A DNA stretch of 63,610 nucleotides, filler included, from Nitrospinota bacterium (GCA_030620925.1; 14 parts of 14 records of this genome joined end to end with filler, not necessarily neighbours in it), one strand, 5' to 3'. Positions 29,254 to 40,720 are shown, counted from the first letter of the whole stretch. Numbers and translations: made by a program. The notes: generated from the sequence alone by a model not told the origin.

Positions 29254-30553
29254 CGGGTATAATACATCGTTTGAAGCCAAGCTTCCGGGCCTCTTTAAGT
29301 CTGGCCTCCATATGGGGCACTGCCCTCACTTCACCTGCCAGCCCCACCTCCCCTATTACAACCGTATGCGGGTCTACGGGTTGGTCTTTAAAGCTCGATG
29401 CTATAGCCGTTGCCACCCCCAGGTCAGCGGCCGGCTCCTCTATCCTCGTCCCTCCAGCGACGTTGAGGAAAATGTCCTCATTCTGGAGATTAAGCCCCAA
29501 TTTCTTTTCCAGGATGGCTACCAGCAGCGACACCCGGCTGGTATCCAGACCGGTGGCCATGCGCCTGGGATTGGCCAGATTACTTGAGGTCACCAGTGCC
29601 TGGAGTTCCAGCAACAGGGGCCTCGTGCCCTCCATGGGCGCCACCACAACGGAACCGGAAACGTCCAGAGGGCGTTCCGCCAGGAACAGCTCTGAAGGGT
29701 TGTTCACGTCGCGAAGCCCCTCGCCCCGCATCTCGAACACCCCTATTTCGTTGGTGGAGCCGAACCGGTTTTTGGCAGCCCTCAATATACGGAAAGAAAG
29801 GGTGCCCTCCCCTTCGAAATAAAGCACGGTGTCCACCATGTGCTCGAGCAGTTTTGGTCCGGCCAGAATCCCCTCCTTGGTGACGTGACCCACGAGGAAA
29901 ACGGTAATATCCAGCCCTTTAGCGAGGTTGATTAACCGACTGGTGACTTCCCGCAGCTGGGATACAGTCCCCGGTGTGGCATCAAGCTCCTGCGAAAAAA
30001 CCGTTTGCACCGAATCGACCATCATGATCGGGGGCTTGAGATATTCAGCTTTCTCCATAATCTCTTCCAGGCACGTCTCAGGATAAATCAGCAGACTCTC
30101 AGAATCTATTCCCAGCCGTTCACCCCTCAGTTTAGTCTGTTTAGCCGATTCTTCCCCCGAAACGTAGAGCACCCTGTGCCCATCCGAGGCCAACATACCG
30201 CCCACCTGGAGCAACAGCGTAGATTTTCCTATCCCCGGTTCACCACCTATGAGGATGACGGAACCGGGTATAATCCCTCCCCCCAGCACCCTGTCGAACT
30301 CTAAGAGACCGGTGACGACGCGCTCCTCGACATCTGCATTCACTTCTGTTATAGCTGTCGGTTGGTCTCCTGCTCCAAAACTTCTATCGACTCCGGCGCG
30401 AGACCCTTCGTGTTCTTCCAGAAGAGTACCGAACTCCCCGCAATCGGGGCATTTGCCCATCCACTTGGGGGCCCTACACCCGCAGGCGTGGCAAACATAC
30501 TGAAAACTGCTTTTCCCTCTCCTTGCCGAACTCACTACCCGTTCACTTGACAT
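29254..30553 (-). CDS. radA: DNA repair protein RadA/Sms (3' truncated)
   Basis: C..CG....W.G.CP.C zinc finger, GEPGIGKST, KNRFG, EGTRP. Confidence 0.97.
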
Positions 30554-30595
30554 TAATCACCGCAAAACAACCGGATTTCAGCCGCTCAGATGTCG

Positions 30596-31045
30596 TCAGG
30601 CTTCCTCACTCTGAAGCACTTCCAGACCGTCCCCTTTTTTCACCAGGCCGCCTTTCAATACCTTTGCGAAAACCCCCTCACGGGGCATGACACAATCCCC
30701 GGCCTGGTAATATATTGCACAACGCTCGTGGCACTCTTTGCCTATCTGACTTATCTCCAGGAGTATCTCTCCCCCCACGCGCACCCTGGTGCCCACCGGC
30801 AGGGAGACCAAATCTATGTCCCGGGTGGTTATGTTCTCGGCGAAGTCGCCCGCATCCAGGGTCAACCCCTTGTCGCGCATCTTATCGATGCTCTCCGATG
30901 CCAGCAGGCTCACCTGGCGGTGCCAGTCTCCGGCATGGGCGTCCTTCTCCAGGCCGTGGTCGGCAACTAGCAGGGCTTCATCCACTCCCTTCTTTTTAAC
31001 CCCTTTCTTATCGCTTATGTTTATGGAGACTATCTCGCCTTTCAT
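30596..31045 (-). CDS. MOSC domain protein
   Basis: GL..DAHAG.WHRQVSLL, F.ENI, QIGKECH..C, MP.EG.F. Confidence 0.92.
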   Translation of the reverse strand: MKGEIVSINISDKKGVKKKGVDEALLVADHGLEKDAHAGDWHRQVSLLASESIDKMRDKGLTLDAGDFAENITTRDIDLVSLPVGTRVRVGGEILLEISQIGKECHERCAIYYQAGDCVMPREGVFAKVLKGGLVKKGDGLEVLQSEEA

Positions 31046-31065
31046 ATCCTATGCTTCCCTGGTTA

Positions 31066-31569
31066 TTAAGCTTCATCACGCTTGAATTCTCCGCTCGCCC
31101 CGCCACGTTTATAGAGGAGGCGGATGCCGCCCACGGTCATCTCTTTGTCCACGGCCTTGCACATATCATAAATTGTCAGCGCAGCCACGGAAACCGCCGC
31201 CAGGGCCTCCATTTCCACACCCGTTTTACCAACCGTTTTTACCGCAGACTCTATCTCTATGCAGCTTTCTTCCTCCCGTGGATTGAACTTTATATCCACC
31301 GAGGTCAACTGCAGCGGATGGCACATGGGGATGAGATCACTCGTCCGTTTGGCGGCCATAATCCCTGCTATTTTAGCGACCTCATACACATCCCCTTTCT
31401 GAATCTTCCCCTCCCCGATGAGCCTGAAAGTCTCCGGGCTCATGGAGACGACCGCTCCCGCCACAGCCTCCCGTTCGGTGTCGGTTTTACCCGTCACGTC
31501 CACCATTCGAGACCGGCCTTCGCTATCAAAATGCGTAAGTTTTTCAGATGGTTGCGGTTTTGCCGGCAA
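31066..31569 (-). CDS. moaC: Cyclic pyranopterin monophosphate synthase
   Basis: [35 protein letters not shown]. Confidence 0.97.
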   Translation of the reverse strand: MPAKPQPSEKLTHFDSEGRSRMVDVTGKTDTEREAVAGAVVSMSPETFRLIGEGKIQKGDVYEVAKIAGIMAAKRTSDLIPMCHPLQLTSVDIKFNPREEESCIEIESAVKTVGKTGVEMEALAAVSVAALTIYDMCKAVDKEMTVGGIRLLYKRGGASGEFKRDEA

Positions 31570-31759
31570 AAAAGCCTCCTCTATAGTAATATATTAAAAA
31601 AGTGTTTCAAGATAAATTATAATTTATTAATTTTACATGAATGTCATAAAAATTACAAGGATGAAAATTCCTCTTGAAATTTCCCCCCAAAAGTCAACAC
31701 TTTACACCTACTCCGAAATTTAAACATAGTTTAAATATATATCATGCCTTGTTTTCGAG

Positions 31760-31861
31760 AGGGGTCAAGCTGCTTACAAAATAGTCAGGATGGGCATAGG
31801 ATACGTCCCGGAGGACAGAAACATATTCGCCTACCTCACGGTTCGGCAGAACCTGGAGATA
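31760..31861 (+). pseudogene. Internal fragment of a LivF-type ABC ATPase with no N-terminus
   Basis: RGQAAYKIVRMGIGYVPEDRNIFAYLTVRQNLE; in-frame TAG at 31727 and no Walker A upstream. Confidence 0.65.
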
Positions 31862-31961
31862 NNNNNNNNNNNNNNNNNNNNNNNNNNNNNNNNNNNNNNN
31901 NNNNNTTAATTAATTAANNNNNNNNNNNNNNNNNNNNNNNNNNNNNNNNNNNNNNNNNNNN

Positions 31962-34578
31962 AGGGATGCAGGAAGAGCGCGGATACGATGAACACCGCGC
32001 TCAGCTCCTCCCCGACTTCTTCCATCAAGCTGTGCAGAGGGGGAGAGAGGTAGAGGCGACCGTGCACGTCCAGGGAATGGCCCACTATTTTTTGCCGCCT
32101 GGCCTCCTCGATAGTTCTGGTGGCCTCCCTTCGGACGGCCTGCACCTGTTCCCACTTTTGGGCCAGTTTTTCGTCCTGGTAATCCTCATTAAGCGCGGGA
32201 AATTCGGTGAGGTGAACGCTCGCTTCTCCTGCGCCGCCCTCCTGGAGATGCTGCCAGATTTCCTCGGCGGTGAAGGTGAGGATGGGGGCCATGAGCTTAA
32301 CCAGGGCCATGAGGGTGAGGTACATGACCGTCTGCCCGCCCTTCCTGGGAGCAGAGTCGGCGCCAAAAGTGTAGAGGCGGTCTTTTATAATATCCAGATA
32401 GAAAGAGCTCAGCTCCACCACGCAGTAATTGTGCATGGAGTGGTAGACGGTATGGTATTCGTGGCGGTGATAGGCGTCTTTGATGCGAGCTGTGACCCTG
32501 TTCAGTTTGTGCAGCATGAGGCGGTCCAGCTCGCCCAGCTGGTCGCAGGGCACGAGGTCTTTGCGGGGATCGAAGTCGGTCAGGTTCATCAACAAAAACC
32601 TGAAGGTGTTTCTTATCTTGCGGTAGGCCTCGGAGAGGCGCTCCAGTATTACCCCGGAGATGCGGATGTCCTCCTGGTAGTTCTCGGAAGCAACCCACAG
32701 ACGGAGTATCTCTGCGCCGTATTTATCTATAACTTCCTGGGGCTCGATGACGTTGCCCAGGGATTTGGACATCTTGCGCCCCTCTCCGTCCACCACGTAA
32801 CCGTGGGTCAGCACGGAGTTGTAAGGCGCTTTGTCCCGGGTGCCCACGGCGGCCAGCAGCGAGGAATGGAACCAACCCCGATGCTGGTCGCTGCCTTCCA
32901 GGTACATATCCGCGGGCCAGACCAGCTCCTCCCGCGGTTCCAGGACGGCGGCCTGGCTGACCCCCGAGTCGAACCAGACGTCCAGTATGTCCCCCTCCTT
33001 CTTGAAATCGGTGCCGCCGCAATCGGGGCACACCGTCCCTTCAGGCACCAGCTCTGAAGGCTCCATTTCGAACCAGAGATCGGCGCCTTCGCCCTCCACC
33101 AGGCCCGCCACACGCTCGGCTATCTCCTGGGATAGTACGGCGGCATTACAGGCCCGGCAGTATAGGACGGTGATGGGAACTCCCCATGCCCGCTGGCGGG
33201 AGATACACCAATCGGGCCGGTTCTCTATCATGCCGTAGATTCTGTCCTGTCCCCAGCCGGGTATCCATTCCACCCTCTTTATCTCCCCCAGGGCTTTACT
33301 ACGCAAATTGTTGGTCTCCATGGAGATGAACCACTGGGCCGTGGCCCGGAAGATTACAGGGTTCTTGCAGCGCCAGCAGTGGGGATAGGAATGGGTGAGC
33401 TTCTCTTCTTTCAGCAGACGGCCTTCCTTCTCCAGCGTCCGGCAGATCTCCGCATCGGCCGCGAAAACTTCCAGTCCGTCGAAAAGCCCGGTGCCCGCTA
33501 CGAACTTTCCCTCATCGTCGACGGGGTTGTAAACTTCGAGCTGGTATTTCAGGCCTGTCTCGTAGTCCTCGCGGCCGTGCCCCGGCGCGGTGTGCACGCA
33601 GCCGGTGCCCTGCTCCAGCGTCACGTAATCCGCCAGCACGAAGACCGACTCCCGCTCGTAGAAGGGATGGCGGCAGTGTTTGCCTTCCAGCACAGTTCCC
33701 GGGAACTCGTCCAGCACCTTGTATTCGGTGATCTCCAGCTCCCCCATCACCCGCTCCACGAGTTCGCCGGCGATGACGCAAACTTGCCCCTCGGCCTCAA
33801 CCGCGGCATATTGCAGCCCGGGATGCAGGGCCACGGCCTGATTGGCGGGAAGCGTCCAGGGGGTGGTGGTCCAGATCACCACCGATGAATCCCTCTTCTT
33901 TAAAGAAGGGACCGCCTTGCGGGCGTCCTTCGCCAGGGGGAACTTGACGTAGATGGAGGGGGAGACGGAGTCGTGATACTCCACTTCCGCTTCCGCCAGG
34001 GCGGTCTTGCAGGAGATGCACCAGTGAACGGGCTTCAGCCCCCTGTATACGTTTCCGGCGGCGATGAACTTCCCCAGCTCCCGGATGGTATTGGCCTCGT
34101 AAAGATAGTTCATGGTGAGGTAAGGGTTGTCCCAATCGCCGAATACGCCCAGGCGCTTGAACTCATCCCGTTGTATGTCCACGAACTTGCCGGCGAACGC
34201 CCGGCAGGCTTTTCTGAACTGGGCGGTGGTCATATCCTTCTTTTTTCCGCCCAGCTCCTTGTCCACCTGGTGCTCGATGGGCAGACCGTGGCAATCCCAG
34301 CCGGGGACGTAAACGGCGTCGTGCCCTTCCATGTTCTTGACTTTCACCACGAGGTCTTTGAGTATTTTGTTCAGCGCCGTCCCCAGGTGGATGTGCCCGT
34401 TGGCGTAAGGGGGGCCGTCGTGGAGTATATATTTCTGTTTCCCGGTAAAAGTCTTGCGTTGGAGCCCGTATAAGTCCTCTCGCTCCCACTGTTCGAGCAG
34501 CTTGGGCTCCGAGGTGGGCAAGTTCGCCTTCATGGGAAAGGGCGTTGAAAAAAGGTTCAGCGTCTGTTTATAATCCAT
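31962..34578 (-). CDS. ileS: Isoleucine--tRNA ligase, type 1 (3' truncated)
   Basis: LHDGPPYANG.IHLGT, GWDCHGLPIE, WTTTPWT, WCISRQR, EGSDQHRGWF, KMSKS. Confidence 0.98.
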
Positions 34579-34604
34579 GGGTCTTATCCCTTGCCTTGCA
34601 TAAC

Positions 34605-34640
34605 AAAAGACCTCTCTAGCCTTGCCGCGCAGAGAGGTCT
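34605..34640 (-). terminator. Terminator-like hairpin in the ileS leader
   Basis: Minus strand AGACCTCTCT-N13-AGAGAGGTCT-TTT, about 26 nt before the ileS ATG. Confidence 0.6.
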
Positions 34641-34691
34641 GAGGAGAAAAACCCCGCTCTGTTCAACATATTTCAAATATATAAGAACTTA

Positions 34692-34720
34692 AAATTATCA
34701 TCAAGATTAAGCTTTGTCAA
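34692..34720 (-). promoter_or_regulatory. Sigma70-like promoter for ileS
   Basis: TTGACA-N17-TAATTT with a TG extended -10. Confidence 0.7.
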
Positions 34721-34822
34721 CNNNNNNNNNNNNNNNNNNNNNNNNNNNNNNNNNNNNNNNNNNNNTTAATTAATTAANNNNNNNNNNNNNNNNNNNNNNN
34801 NNNNNNNNNNNNNNNNNNNNNC

Positions 34823-35875
34823 GTCGAACAGCGGGACAACCCGGAGCTGAAGGGCAAGGCGGTAATCGTGGGCTGGAAATCGCCCCGCGGCGTGGTGTGC
34901 GCGGCGTCTTACGAGGCCCGCGAGAGCGGCGTGCACTCAGCCATGGCCATGGCCGTGGCGCGCAAGTTGTGCCCCCGCGGGGTATATATAAATCCTCGCA
35001 TAAAACTTTATTCAGAGGTGTCCAGGCAAATTCGGGCTATTTTTAATGAATATACCGACCTTGTGGAACCGCTCTCCCTGGATGAAGCATTCCTGGACGT
35101 TACCGAAAACAAGAAGGGTATCCCCTATGCTTCCACCGCGGCGCGGGAGATAAAGGAGCGGATAAAGGCGGAGCTGGGCCTCACCGCTTCCGCCGGTGTG
35201 GGGCCCAACAAGTTCATAGCCAAAATCGCCTCGGATATGAACAAGCCGGATGGTCTGGTGGTGGTTACCCCGGATCAGGTGGAGGATTTCCTGCACGACC
35301 TGCCCGTGGGAAAAATTCACGGAGTGGGAGCGGTGACCGAGGAGCGCCTCAAACAGCTAGGCATCCGGACAATCGGGCAACTGGCCCGCTCCTCGTCCAC
35401 CACGCTGGAGGCGGAGTTAGGTAAAATAGGGGCTGCGCTTCACTCCCTGGGCAGAGGCATCGACCATCGTCCTGTTAACCCTGAGAGAGAGCATAAATCC
35501 ATCGGCCAGGAGACCACCTTCGAGCAGGACTTGGTGGATAAAGCAGAGGTGAGAGAGCATTTGAGAAAGCTGGCTGATGATGTGGAAGGGAGGCTTAGAG
35601 GCTACGACCTTAAAGGCCGCACGGTGACCTTAAAGGTGAAATACCACGATTTCACCCTTAAAACCCGCAGCCACACCCTGCCCCACTACGTAGACGACAG
35701 GGAAAGCATCCTGACGGAGGTGATCTCCCTTTCTCGGAAGACCGAAATCGGCCGCCGGCCGGTGAGGCTGGTGGGCATCTCCATTTCCAACCTGAGCGAA
35801 AACCCCATATACGAGCAGTTGGCGCTTTTCACGGCTACCGAAGAGGGCTACTCCTATCTCCCCGGGAAGCGCTAA
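34823..35875 (+). CDS. dinB: DNA polymerase IV (5' truncated)
   Basis: VEQRDNPELKG, ASYEAR..GV.SAM, SLDEAFLD, AKIASD.NKPDG. Confidence 0.96.
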   Translation, partial: VEQRDNPELKGKAVIVGWKSPRGVVCAASYEARESGVHSAMAMAVARKLCPRGVYINPRIKLYSEVSRQIRAIFNEYTDLVEPLSLDEAFLDVTENKKGIPYASTAAREIKERIKAELGLTASAGVGPNKFIAKIASDMNKPDGLVVVTPDQVEDFLHDLPVGKIHGVGAVTEERLKQLGIRTIGQLARSSSTTLEAELGKIGAALHSLGRGIDHRPVNPEREHKSIGQETTFEQDLVDKAEVREHLRKLADDVEGRLRGYDLKGRTVTLKVKYHDFTLKTRSHTLPHYVDDRESILTEVISLSRKTEIGRRPVRLVGISISNLSENPIYEQLALFTATEEGYSYLPGKR

Positions 35876-36129
35876 GATAAAAGGAGCACCGCCCGCCCCC
35901 TTGGGGGCGAGGCTATCCCGCCGGCGTCCTTTCATTATTCTCCTGAAAAATCCTCAGGGGGAAAAGGTTGCGTATAGTTGCGTAACCCTCTCGAATTGTC
36001 GTAAATGATGGTCTCAATACAGGTGACCTTCTCCTTGATTGCCAGCATCTTGTCCACCTGTTCCTCCACTTTGACCTCGGCGTGTTCCAGGATATGTTTG
36101 AAAAAACCTCCGGCAAGCGGCAAACGGGC

Positions 36130-36157
36130 TAAAGTTAGGCTTAAAGTTTGCCGATTA
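36130..36157 (+). promoter_or_regulatory. Putative sigma28 promoter for fliS
   Basis: TAAA-N16-GCCGATTA (consensus TAAA-N15-GCCGATAA). Confidence 0.45.
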
Positions 36158-36269
36158 AAGAATACGACTCTTTATAAGCTTCAACATATTGTTCTTATAT
36201 ATAAATTTGGTATGAAGGCTTCCAGAATCAATGGCAGAGAAATGGTGGTGTTCGAAAGGAGGGGTTATA

Positions 36270-36644
36270 ATGAAAAGGTTCACACCCGATGCGTACCAAG
36301 AGCTTGAAATCGCCTCCGCTGCACCCGAGAAACTCATTGCGATGTTGTATGATGGGGCCGTCAATTATCTGGATCGGGCCAAGGAAAACTTGAATGGTGA
36401 TCTCATGGCGGATGGAGAATCTATGGGAAAAGCTATTTCCATCATCTGCGAGCTTATGGGTTCGGTCAATTCAGATGCCCAAGAGTTGACCACCGATCTC
36501 AGAAATCTGTATGCCTTTTTCATTCGCAAGCTCATTGAGGCCGATTTCAACAAGGATGAAAAAGGGATAAACGAAGTAATCTCCTTAATGACAGACTTAA
36601 GGGGGTCATGGCTGGAGGCAGCCGAGAAGAATAGTACGGGTTGA
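36270..36644 (+). CDS. fliS: Flagellar export chaperone FliS
   Basis: AY....I.SA.PEKLI.MLYDGA, KA..II.EL, L..LY.F, L...W; SD GGAGG. Confidence 0.9.
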   Translation: MKRFTPDAYQELEIASAAPEKLIAMLYDGAVNYLDRAKENLNGDLMADGESMGKAISIICELMGSVNSDAQELTTDLRNLYAFFIRKLIEADFNKDEKGINEVISLMTDLRGSWLEAAEKNSTG

Positions 36645-37302
36645 GTGAGCATTTGCTCCAAGGCAATAATGCACGCTACCGCGGCCGCTGATCCTTTCCG
36701 GAGGTGAACGTCCTGGCCCGGAGCAGAGAAACGTAGGTAAGAATAGGATGATACTTCCCACTTTGCTTGTGGTGCTCCTGGCCTGGAGTAGTTATTACGC
36801 AGGGACCAGAAGTTTTAGCATGAACCTGAATCAGTTGAATGGGGCGCGGTTTGCAGGCGGCGGAAGACGCCTGCTATTGAAAAATTGAAAGCTGATTCAA
36901 GGTGAAACGCTCCGGCTGATTTGATTTGAAAGGATATAGTGGCCTTTTTTAGGGCGGATCAGCCGGCACGGCCTATAAATATCTAAAAAAGCCCTGGTTG
37001 AAAAAGTGTCGGTTATTTGTCGCACGCCGTCAATTTATTGACGATAATAGCCTCTACAGCTTATCAGATGTCAATCTTTTCGTAAATCACCAGGAACTTC
37101 TTACCGTAGCTTTAATTTCTCTGAAATCTCCCTTTCCCCTCATATTATCAAAGATTTACCAACAGGACGTACCACAAGATTTCCTCTATATTAGGCCCTT
37201 TCCTGCTATTTCTCAAGTTTTGGTATGGTTGTTGCTCTCTTTAATAGATGTTTTGTTGTGGCAGGTTATTTTAGGAAATCTCTAACGCTGCGAGAGGGTA
37301 AA

Positions 37303-38059
37303 ATGGAAGAGTTATTGAAAAAATCTCATGCAACGCTTACTCTTGAGGAAAGAGATGAACTAATTCGGCACTATGCCTCCTTGGTCAGATACATTGCGCA
37401 GCGAATTGCTGTCAGACTTCCAGCCAATGTCGAATTGGATGACCTTGTCAACGCCGGTATAACCGGGTTGATGGATGCGATCGATAAATACGATTCCCGG
37501 AAAAACATAAAGTTCCGGACCTACGCTGAGTTTAGGATCAGAGGAGCTATCCTCGATGAGTTGCGCACCATGGATTGGATACCGCGCTCGTTGAGGCAGA
37601 AATCCAACAGGTTGGAACGAGCTTACACCCAGGTTGAGCAGGACAAGGGAAGGGCCGCCACGGATGAGGAAGTGGCTGAAGTTCTGGGCGTCGATATGGT
37701 TAAGTTGAGGCACCTCCTCGGTGAAGTAGGCAGTGTGTCGCTGATTAACCCTGAAGACCTGGAAAAAACCATACCGGGTCTGATGAATCCGAACGCAGCC
37801 CATGAAATATTGGCCGAGGGCCATCAGCATGACCCGGTGGAGGTCTTCAACGCTCAACAACTCAGAGACGTCCTGGCTCAGGCAATAGATGAACTTCCCG
37901 AAAAAGAGCGCATAGTCCTATCACTTTATTACTACGAAGAGTTGACTATGAAGAAGATAGGGCAGGTTTTAAGTATCACCGAGTCGAGGGTTTCGCAGAT
38001 ACACACCAAGGCTTTATCCAGGCTGAAGGGAAAAGTAAAGAAAATAATGGAGCTGGATA
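37303..38059 (+). CDS. fliA: FliA/WhiG sigma factor (sigma28); stop codon lost at the contig edge
   Basis: LVRYIA.RI..RLP..V..DDL, FRTYAEFRIRGAILDELR..DW.PRS, LYYYEELTMK.IG.VL..TESRVSQIH. Confidence 0.95.
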
Positions 38060-38159
38060 NNNNNNNNNNNNNNNNNNNNNNNNNNNNNNNNNNNNNNNNN
38101 NNNTTAATTAATTAANNNNNNNNNNNNNNNNNNNNNNNNNNNNNNNNNNNNNNNNNNNN

Positions 38160-40253
38160 CCCACGGGGGCCATTTACGAGAAGAGACCGCTCGAATTGGG
38201 ATTAACCGACTCGGTATCGGCGCGGGAGGTCCTCACCGTGTGCCCATACTGCGGTGTGGGTTGCACTATAGTGCTGCATGTACGGGACGGAGAAATTCTT
38301 AAAGCCACCTCGCCGGAGGGGAGCGCGGTAAACAGGGGGAACCTGTGCGTCAAGGGGAAATTCGGCTTCGATTTCGTTACGGACGAGGACAGGCTTCGAG
38401 AACCCCTGATAAAGAGGAACGGCGGTTTTGAGACGGCTTCTTGGGATGAGGCGCTCTCGATGGCGGCCTCCAGGCTCAAAGAGATAAAGGAGAAGCACGG
38501 GCCGGAGAGCATAGGGGGCATAGCGTCCGGGAAGTGTACCAATGAAGACAATTACCTCTTCCAGAAGTTCATGAGGGCCGTGATAGGGACCAACAGCGTG
38601 GACCACTGCGCCCGGCTCTGCCACGCCTCCTCGGTGACCGCCCTCCAGACGGCCATAGGGAGCGCCGCCATGTCCAACTCCATCGAGGAAATCCGCAACC
38701 TCGATTGCTTTTTGCTTGCCGGTTCGAATACCACCGAGACCCACCCCGTCATTTCCCTGGAAATGAAGGCGGCGGTGAAGAAGGGGGCAAAACTGATAGT
38801 GGCGGACCCCCGGAAGATAGAGATGACGGAATTCGCCTCTCTATGGCTCAGGCAGAGGCCGGGGACGGACGTCCCCCTCTTCAACGCCATGGCCAACGTC
38901 ATCATATCCCGGGGCCTCGAGGACAGGGCTTTTATCGAAAACCGGACGGAGGGTTACGAGGCTTTCAGGAAGGCCGCGGCAGGCTACACCCCGGAACGGG
39001 CGGAGGCTATCACCGGCGTTCCGGCGGAGAGCATTATTGAAGCGGCCGTCACGTTCGGGGAAGCGGAGAGGGCCGCCATCTACTGGGCCATGGGAATCAC
39101 CGAGCACACCCGCGGCACGGCCAATGCGTCGACCCTGGCCAACCTCGCTCTCCTCACAGGAAACCTGGGGAAAGAATGTACGGGGCTCAATCCCCTGAGG
39201 GGGCAGAACAACGTCCAGGGCGCCAGCGACTGGGGCGCTCTCTACGACGTTTACCCCGGCTACCAACCGGTTATCGATGAATCGGTCAGGCGAAAATTCG
39301 AGAAAGCCTGGGGTGTTCCCCTGCCGGAAAGAGCGGGGTCGGCCCTGACGGATATGATAGAGAAAGCGGGTAGGGGCGAGGTGAAGGCCCTGTATATCAT
39401 GGGGGAGAATACCATGATGAGCGAGCCGAACCTGAACCGGACCAGGGAAGCGCTCATGAACGTTGAGTTCCTGGTGGTGCAGGACATCTTCCTCACCGAG
39501 ACGGCGCGCCTGGCCGACGTGGTCTTCCCGGCCGCCAGCTTCGCCGAAAAGGACGGAACTTTCACCAACACCGAGCGCAGGGTCCAGAGGGTGAGAAAAG
39601 CGTTGGAGCCCGTGGGTGAATCGAAGCCGGATTGGCTCATCATCTGTGAACTGGCGCAGAGGATGGGTCACGACATGAGATACGATCATCCGTCGGAGAT
39701 ATTCGATGAGATGGTGCGGCTTGTCCCCAGCCACGGGGGTATCTCATACCGAAGGATCGAAGAAAAGGGTCTCCAGTGGCCCTGCCCCACGGCAAATCAT
39801 CCGGGCACCAGGTTCCTCTTTGCGGAAGGGTTCCCTGAGGGGAGTGGGAAGTTCCAGGCAGTGGAATACATGGAGAGTGCGGAGCTTCCCGATGCGGAAT
39901 TTCCGCTTATACTCACCACGGGCAGGGTGCTCTACCACTGGCACGGAGGCTCCGTAAGCAGGCATTCGCGGGGGCTGAAAGAGATTTATCCTGAAGGAGT
40001 CGTCGAGATAAACGAAGAGGATGCGTGCAGGATACCCTGCGGCACCGGCGAGACGGTCAGGATCGTCTCTCGCAGGGGAGAGATCGTGCTGAAGGTAAAG
40101 GTTACGGATAAATCACCGCCGGGGGTGGTATTCATACCCTTCCACTTCGCAGAGGCCGCCGCCAACGTACTCACCATCGACGCGTTGGACCCCCAAGCGA
40201 GGATTCCCGAATATAAAGTCTGCGCGGTGCGTGTGGAGAAAATAGACGTTTAG
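38160..40253 (+). CDS. fdhA: Formate dehydrogenase alpha subunit, Cys-type (5' truncated)
   Basis: CPYCGVGC...C, DHCARLCH (TGC codon, not TGA), LRGQNNVQG, GTFTNTERRVQ, PEYKVCAV. Confidence 0.95.
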   Translation, partial: PTGAIYEKRPLELGLTDSVSAREVLTVCPYCGVGCTIVLHVRDGEILKATSPEGSAVNRGNLCVKGKFGFDFVTDEDRLREPLIKRNGGFETASWDEALSMAASRLKEIKEKHGPESIGGIASGKCTNEDNYLFQKFMRAVIGTNSVDHCARLCHASSVTALQTAIGSAAMSNSIEEIRNLDCFLLAGSNTTETHPVISLEMKAAVKKGAKLIVADPRKIEMTEFASLWLRQRPGTDVPLFNAMANVIISRGLEDRAFIENRTEGYEAFRKAAAGYTPERAEAITGVPAESIIEAAVTFGEAERAAIYWAMGITEHTRGTANASTLANLALLTGNLGKECTGLNPLRGQNNVQGASDWGALYDVYPGYQPVIDESVRRKFEKAWGVPLPERAGSALTDMIEKAGRGEVKALYIMGENTMMSEPNLNRTREALMNVEFLVVQDIFLTETARLADVVFPAASFAEKDGTFTNTERRVQRVRKALEPVGESKPDWLIICELAQRMGHDMRYDHPSEIFDEMVRLVPSHGGISYRRIEEKGLQWPCPTANHPGTRFLFAEGFPEGSGKFQAVEYMESAELPDAEFPLILTTGRVLYHWHGGSVSRHSRGLKEIYPEGVVEINEEDACRIPCGTGETVRIVSRRGEIVLKVKVTDKSPPGVVFIPFHFAEAAANVLTIDALDPQARIPEYKVCAVRVEKIDV

Positions 40254-40333
40254 CTGAAATTCTGTGAATCACGGTGATGGGGTGGAGGGGACGTAAAAAG
40301 TCTTTCGCTGGAATGAGGGGGGGGATGGCAGGG

Positions 40334-40720
40334 TTATTCGATCTTCTCTGTCGTAGTCTCCCGGGTCAGGTGGCTCATTTCTTCCCAGATAATCAATCCC
40401 TCACATTCTAATTTCCAGTGTAGCAGCGGGGACTCCGCTTCCCCTATTTTAAGCAGGTAATGGCGGTTTTCCTTCCCGCCTTCCAATTTGTCGTAACCCA
40501 AAAATGCAGACGATTTATCATCTTTTATGGCTATTGCGGTCAGTAAAGCTATTATCTCGCTTTCCGTGCCTTCGGTGAAGTAGCGGTAGCCTTCCAGCAT
40601 TTCCTTGAAAGCCTCTTCTATCAGCTCAATCATGGCTTCTTCGCCGCCGCCATGACGCCGGAACAGAGTCACACTCTCATATTTTCCCTGAACAACGCTT
40701 ATACTACCTTGAATATCCAT
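40334..40720 (-). CDS. Hypothetical protein
   Basis: 128-aa ORF with protein-like composition; no motif recognised. Confidence 0.55.
   Translation of the reverse strand: MDIQGSISVVQGKYESVTLFRRHGGGEEAMIELIEEAFKEMLEGYRYFTEGTESEIIALLTAIAIKDDKSSAFLGYDKLEGGKENRHYLLKIGEAESPLLHWKLECEGLIIWEEMSHLTRETTTEKIE

Noticed and set aside
34370-34400. IleRS HIGH motif reading HLGT
   Set aside because: Looks like ordinary variation in type 1 IleRS; it is not the GXHH form linked to mupirocin hyper-resistance.
35935-36123. 62-aa ORF between dinB and fliS
   Set aside because: TTG start with no SD or recognisable motif; cannot be supported as a gene, though it could be a remnant.
38601-38630. Possible selenocysteine in the formate dehydrogenase
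   Set aside because: The active-site codon is TGC (Cys), not TGA.
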